NCBI GenBank assembly: GCA_963768055.1
Contig: CAVYGN010000002.1
Coordinates: 1,216,001-1,280,000, forward strand
DNA length: 64,000 nucleotides
From: an uncultured Spirochaetota bacterium
GTDB lineage: Bacteria; Spirochaetota; Brevinematia; Brevinematales; JAOACQ01
Direction of reading: 5' to 3'
Numbering within the stretch: position 1 is the first letter of the stretch; each line of letters opens with the position of its first letter. Below are positions 59,662 through 64,000 of the stretch, in pieces. The notes under the pieces were generated by a model. That model did not search any database. It worked only from the letters and a program-made list of their open reading frames with translations, and had not been told where the DNA came from. The position numbers and the translations under genes were made by a program.

Positions 59662-61005
59662 TTATCTGTTTTGTTCCCCTGTCAGTCTCTTCAATTCCAG
59701 CGCGCTTGAAAAATAGTCGAATATGGCCTGCAGGTAATTTCCGGACGCCTGCGTGTAAGCCGTTTCGGCGTTGATAAGATCAAGCGACGACGCCTGCCCC
59801 GCTGCGAATTGTTCATTGGCGATCCTTACCCCTATCTGTGAAAGCCTTAAGCCCTCTTTCTGGCTGACAAGGTTTTGCACGGCCTGGTTTAACTGAAGCA
59901 GGAGGGCTTTGATCTGCAGGTCCAGGGATTCTATGTATTCATCGCGGCTGAATTTGGTTTTCTTTATAGTTTCATCGTACTCTTCATCGGTTTTAGAGGG
60001 CCTTGAAATAGGTATCCAGCTGTCGACCGAAAAGCTCAGCTGCAGGCCTGCGCTCCAGCTCGGCCACCAGTTCTGGTTTGTATCCGTAAATTGACGCTTA
60101 TAATTGTAATCGTAATTGAAAAAAGCGGAAAGTGTAGGGTCGAAATTAGCATCGTTGATGCCCTTTGTTAGAGCCAGGCTTTTTAACGCGACGTCGTATG
60201 AAAGCAGGACGATGCTGTTAGACGCGGCCTTTTCCATGATATCGGTCTCGTTAGTGTTTGTAAAGACCACATTGGTATAATCCATCAAGTCCCCTATGAA
60301 TTCTATGTTGGTTTGATCTATGCCGATAGCATTGCATAAGGAGATCAGCGCCACCTGATAGGCGTTAGAGACCTGGACCAGCTTGGGCTGGTTATTCATA
60401 TACAAGACCTCGACGCTTATATAATCGTACTGCGATGCTATCCCCTCACGGTAATTGATCTTCGAGGAAATAAGCTGGTTCGAAAGTTCCCTGTCCAGAT
60501 CCTGGTCCAGCCTTATGTTTTCTCTTAAAACGATAAGGTCGTAGAAAGCGGTTTCAGTCGAATAGATCGTTGCCTGTTTTGCATCCTCGTATTTTTTTCT
60601 TGCGAGAGCAAGGTTGATCTCTTTTATCTGAAGCGCATCGAGGTTCCTGAAGCCCAGGAAAAGGGCCTTGCTTATAGTCAGCCCCGCCGAGTAGTTATTC
60701 GGGAAAACGTTCGATGTCTGAGAGAACCCAGAACCGGATGGAGTATTGATAATACCGTTAGATACAGTCAGGGGATCCAGCATGGTATAAGTTCCGCTCA
60801 CGTTAATGCTGGGAAGCCAGAAATCGGCGAAATTCTCCCCGTATTGGGCTTCGGCGATAAAAACGTCTTTCTCGGCCTGCTTGAGGTCGAGGTTGTTATT
60901 TAAGGCCATTTCGACTGCGTTGGAAATAGTGATTGTTCTTATATTTTCAGCGTAAGCGGATAACGACATAAAAATCAGCAAAAGCGCTGAAACAGCAAAC
61001 CTCAT
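59662..61005 (-). CDS. TolC family outer-membrane efflux protein
   Basis: Signal peptide, AVEMALNNNLDL, repeated halves, AGQASSLDL. Confidence 0.9.
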   Translation of the reverse strand: MRFAVSALLLIFMSLSAYAENIRTITISNAVEMALNNNLDLKQAEKDVFIAEAQYGENFADFWLPSINVSGTYTMLDPLTVSNGIINTPSGSGFSQTSNVFPNNYSAGLTISKALFLGFRNLDALQIKEINLALARKKYEDAKQATIYSTETAFYDLIVLRENIRLDQDLDRELSNQLISSKINYREGIASQYDYISVEVLYMNNQPKLVQVSNAYQVALISLCNAIGIDQTNIEFIGDLMDYTNVVFTNTNETDIMEKAASNSIVLLSYDVALKSLALTKGINDANFDPTLSAFFNYDYNYKRQFTDTNQNWWPSWSAGLQLSFSVDSWIPISRPSKTDEEYDETIKKTKFSRDEYIESLDLQIKALLLQLNQAVQNLVSQKEGLRLSQIGVRIANEQFAAGQASSLDLINAETAYTQASGNYLQAIFDYFSSALELKRLTGEQNR

Positions 61006-61646
61006 TGAATACCTCCGATTCCATTATAACCTATTGCCCTGTAAATGTAATGTTTAAGATCCTCGATCGGCATTGCGGCCTTTGTTTGATTAAGTCCGGC
61101 GTCATAATCTTTAATATAGTTAAATATCATCATTATGGTTAGCTGAGCGGACATCACCGGTTCGACTTCTTCCAGGATTTTTCCCTCTTTTTTACCCTGA
61201 TCGATAATATTTTTAAGGGAATTAACGAAATATTCCCTTGCCTTGAGGAAATACTTATACGGTTCCTTTATATTTTTATCATGATAAGCCTTTTTTATTA
61301 AATAAAGATGCTCTTCGAAGAAAGTACTGATAAAATTACCGGAAATGCGGGTCATATTTACCAATTTTTCGATAAAAAAATCCAGTTTGCCTTCGAATGA
61401 ATCCATTGAATCTATTTTTTCAAGGTATTTTTTGGTATCTTCCAATATATTCAGAATAATAGAGAGGAAGAGCATGAGCTTATTTCCGAAATGCCTGTAA
61501 ATCGTACCTTTGCCAATGGAAAGGGCCAGCGCGATTTCCTCGATGTTGGTCTCGTAATATCCTTTTTTTTCGAAGGCCTTTTGAGAGGCGCCGAGGATTG
61601 CCCTATCCAGTTCGGTCAGGCTGCCGATCTTTTCCAGAATCGTCAT
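61002..61646 (-). CDS. TetR/AcrR family regulator
   Basis: IGKGTIYRHFGNK HTH. Confidence 0.93.
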   Translation of the reverse strand: MTILEKIGSLTELDRAILGASQKAFEKKGYYETNIEEIALALSIGKGTIYRHFGNKLMLFLSIILNILEDTKKYLEKIDSMDSFEGKLDFFIEKLVNMTRISGNFISTFFEEHLYLIKKAYHDKNIKEPYKYFLKAREYFVNSLKNIIDQGKKEGKILEEVEPVMSAQLTIMMIFNYIKDYDAGLNQTKAAMPIEDLKHYIYRAIGYNGIGGIQ

Positions 61647-61660
61647 TTAGGTTCTCCACT

Positions 61661-61684
61661 AACGGACGGACCGGACCGTCCGTT
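61661..61684. promoter_or_regulatory. Probable TetR operator of the efflux operon
   Basis: AACGGACGG-ACCGGA-CCGTCCGTT between a minus-strand TATAAT (61696-61691) and the RBS. Confidence 0.75.
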
Positions 61685-61736
61685 TCAAGCATTATAATAT
61701 TAAGCATAAAAATTGAAAAAATCAAATTATGGAAAA

Positions 61737-62186
61737 TTATAAATTACCTTTTGGAAGCCTTACTATAGTGAACCAGAAATTATCGATCGATTGCACGACA
61801 TTCATAAGCCCGTCAAAATCCACGGGTTTTTTGATGTAGCAGTTGGCATGCAGGTCATACGCTTTCACCACGTCCTCCTCGGCCGATGACGAAGTGAGCA
61901 CGATTATAGGGATCGATTTCAATCCGGGGTCATTTTTAATATCCGATAATACTTCCCTTCCGTCTTTCCGCGGCAGGTTCAAATCCAGAAGGATCATATC
62001 CGGCCTCGGCGCGTTTTTATATGAACCCTCTTTTTTAAGGAATTGCATAGCCTTTTCCCCGTCGCTGACATTTTCCAGGCTGTTTAAAATCTTAAAGTTT
62101 TTGAAAGCCTGCCTGATAAGCTCTACGTCGCCGGGATTATCCTCAATAATCAGTATTACTGCGGGGTCAGCATCTTTTCTGTTCAT
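61737..62186 (-). CDS. Single-domain response regulator (Rcp1-like)
   Basis: IEDNPGD, LLDLNLP, LTSS, YIKKP. Confidence 0.93.
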   Translation of the reverse strand: MNRKDADPAVILIIEDNPGDVELIRQAFKNFKILNSLENVSDGEKAMQFLKKEGSYKNAPRPDMILLDLNLPRKDGREVLSDIKNDPGLKSIPIIVLTSSSAEEDVVKAYDLHANCYIKKPVDFDGLMNVVQSIDNFWFTIVRLPKGNL

Positions 62187-63636
62187 AAAAGTCCTCCAGA
62201 TTATCCGGTACTGTAAAAAAGAATGTGGAACCTTTTCCAACGCTTGATTCCACCCAGATCCTTCCGCCATGGCTTTCGATGATCTTTTTACATATGGCTA
62301 ATCCCATACCTGTTCCTTCATATTCCTCATGCGTATGAAGGCGCTTGAAAATTATAAATATTTTATCAAAATGTTTCGGATCGATCCCGATGCCGTTGTC
62401 TTTTATTGAAAAAACCCACTCGCTGTCTTTATGAACCGATGATATCTTTATCCTCGGGGCAACGCTGCCGCAGAATTTAACTGCATTGGATATAATGTTC
62501 TGGAATACCTGGGATAGCTGGACAGCGTCGTAATCAAGAGTCGGCAGATTTCCGGATTCTATTACCGCCCCGCTTTCCTCCAGGAGGACTGAAAGATTAT
62601 TTTTAACCTTTTCCAGAAGCTGTCCGCAGTCGTTAGGCGTAATGCTTCCGCATTGCGGATTTATCCTTGAATAAGACAGCAGGTCGTTTATCAGGTCCTG
62701 CATCTGCCTGGCGCCCTCGATTGCGAAATGGATGAACTTATCCGCTTCAGGGCTTAATTTTCCCTTGTAATGCTCGGAGAGAAGCTGGGTATAACTTGAG
62801 ACCATCCGGAGGGGTTCCTGAAGGTCATGAGAGGCGACATAAGCGAACTGTTCGAGGTCCATATTGGACCTCTGGAGTTCCCTTACCGTCTCTTTCAGTT
62901 CCTTTTCAACCTTCTTTCTTTCAGTGATGTCCCTGATTATATTTATAAGGGTCCGCACCCCTCCTATTTCCGCCCCTTTGGAACTGGCTTCCACCGGGAA
63001 AATGCTTCCGTCTTTCCTGCGGTGAACCGTTTCGAAGATTATGCCATGAAGATCGGCCTCTTCCATCTGCTCGGCGGTTAATTCCCGTTCGCTCTCGGCG
63101 CGGATGTCGGGAAGGGAGAGTTTTAAGAGTTCATCCCGGCTGTATCCGTACTCTCTAAGGGCCGCATCGTTCCCGTCAAGAATGCGGAGGTCGGACTTTC
63201 TCAGGAAAAGGATTATATCCCTGCTGCTTTTCACGAGCAAATCGAACCTGGATTTTGTTTCTTTCGATTTTTTGTTTTCAGTGATATTTTCAAAGACCGC
63301 GGCGAAATACCCCTTTTCAGGGCAGTACACAGAAATATTGAACCATATATTCAACTGTTCCACATATGTCTCGAATCTTTCTGGATTTCCGGTCGTCGCG
63401 CACCGTCCGTATACTTCGAAAAGCTCCGGATTTGTTTTCCGGATTCCGGGGATCACTTCCGTCACCTTTTTCCCCGCAACATTTTCAAGGCCGGTCAATT
63501 TCAAGAAAGCCGTGTTGACCATAACATATATAAAATTCACCGGCCTGCCTTTTTTGTCATAAACCATTTTGCAGTAGGCTATCCCGTTAAGCATATTATC
63601 GAAGAGAGAGCGTATCGCTAACGATTCATCGATCAT
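62167..63636 (-). CDS. PAS-PAS sensor histidine kinase
   Basis: FAYVASHDLQEPLR, NAVKF, DNGIG, GTGMGL. Confidence 0.95.
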   Translation of the reverse strand: MIDESLAIRSLFDNMLNGIAYCKMVYDKKGRPVNFIYVMVNTAFLKLTGLENVAGKKVTEVIPGIRKTNPELFEVYGRCATTGNPERFETYVEQLNIWFNISVYCPEKGYFAAVFENITENKKSKETKSRFDLLVKSSRDIILFLRKSDLRILDGNDAALREYGYSRDELLKLSLPDIRAESERELTAEQMEEADLHGIIFETVHRRKDGSIFPVEASSKGAEIGGVRTLINIIRDITERKKVEKELKETVRELQRSNMDLEQFAYVASHDLQEPLRMVSSYTQLLSEHYKGKLSPEADKFIHFAIEGARQMQDLINDLLSYSRINPQCGSITPNDCGQLLEKVKNNLSVLLEESGAVIESGNLPTLDYDAVQLSQVFQNIISNAVKFCGSVAPRIKISSVHKDSEWVFSIKDNGIGIDPKHFDKIFIIFKRLHTHEEYEGTGMGLAICKKIIESHGGRIWVESSVGKGSTFFFTVPDNLEDFYEQKRC

Positions 63637-64000
63637 TACTGGGTACCCTCCCCGGCAATGGGCAGGATTATAAGAAATTCCGTCCCGCTTTTATTTTTTA
63701 TTTTCAGTGTCCCGTTACTGCTTTTAACCAGGTCGCTGACAAGCTGTAATCCAATGGAGCCGTTTTTCATGGGGTCAAAGGCATGAGGAAGACCGATTCC
63801 GTCGTCGCTGATTGAGTAGAGGTAATTATTCCCTTTATTTTCAAACCTGATCTTTATATTTCCATTACGATCCCCTGGAAAAGCGTGTTTTACGGCATTT
63901 GTCACGATTTCATTCATTATAAGCCCGCAGGCTACTGCCGTTTTCGCGTCGATTAAAATATCTTCAATATTCTTACTAATTGTTATTTTTTTTATATCCA
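63636..64000 (-). CDS. Histidine kinase C-terminal HATPase (partial, HisKA_2-like)
   Basis: NEIVTNAVKHAF, DDGIG, SIGLQLV; runs off the window end. Confidence 0.88.
   Translation of the reverse strand, partial: DIKKITISKNIEDILIDAKTAVACGLIMNEIVTNAVKHAFPGDRNGNIKIRFENKGNNYLYSISDDGIGLPHAFDPMKNGSIGLQLVSDLVKSSNGTLKIKNKSGTEFLIILPIAGEGTQ

Overview
Bacterial genomic window; a spirochaete-type lipoprotein signal suggests a spirochaete, but this is inference only. Left (1-14.3 kb): LolCDE/MacB-like ABC system with a LolA-like protein and a probable outer-membrane protein, two tandem paralogous exported proteins, TetR-controlled methyltransferase/MATE modules, an FMN alpha-hydroxy-acid oxidase, a CYTH protein and fumC. 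Middle (about 14.5-36.0 kb): an accessory biosynthetic locus with five radical SAM enzymes (one with a probable cobalamin-binding domain), two FkbM methyltransferases, a DegT-type aminotransferase, a GH26-like hydrolase, an atypical old yellow enzyme, a frameshifted GT2 and two ABC exporters. Two sigma54 -24/-12 promoters here share an upstream palindrome array, and a LacI-sensor/AAA+ enhancer-binding protein is encoded in the locus. An unassigned ~100-aa domain ending in WW occurs six times across four of these enzymes. Right (36.2-64 kb): TCA operon (aconitase, sdhAB, sucCD, sucAB, lpdA, citrate synthase), ppc, a ~200-nt rod-like hairpin, lipBA, a tandem kinase-like protein, a TetR-TolC-MFP-RND efflux operon and two-component genes. 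No tRNA, rRNA, CRISPR array, integrase or transposase was recognised. All calls come from reading the sequence by eye; no database searches were run.
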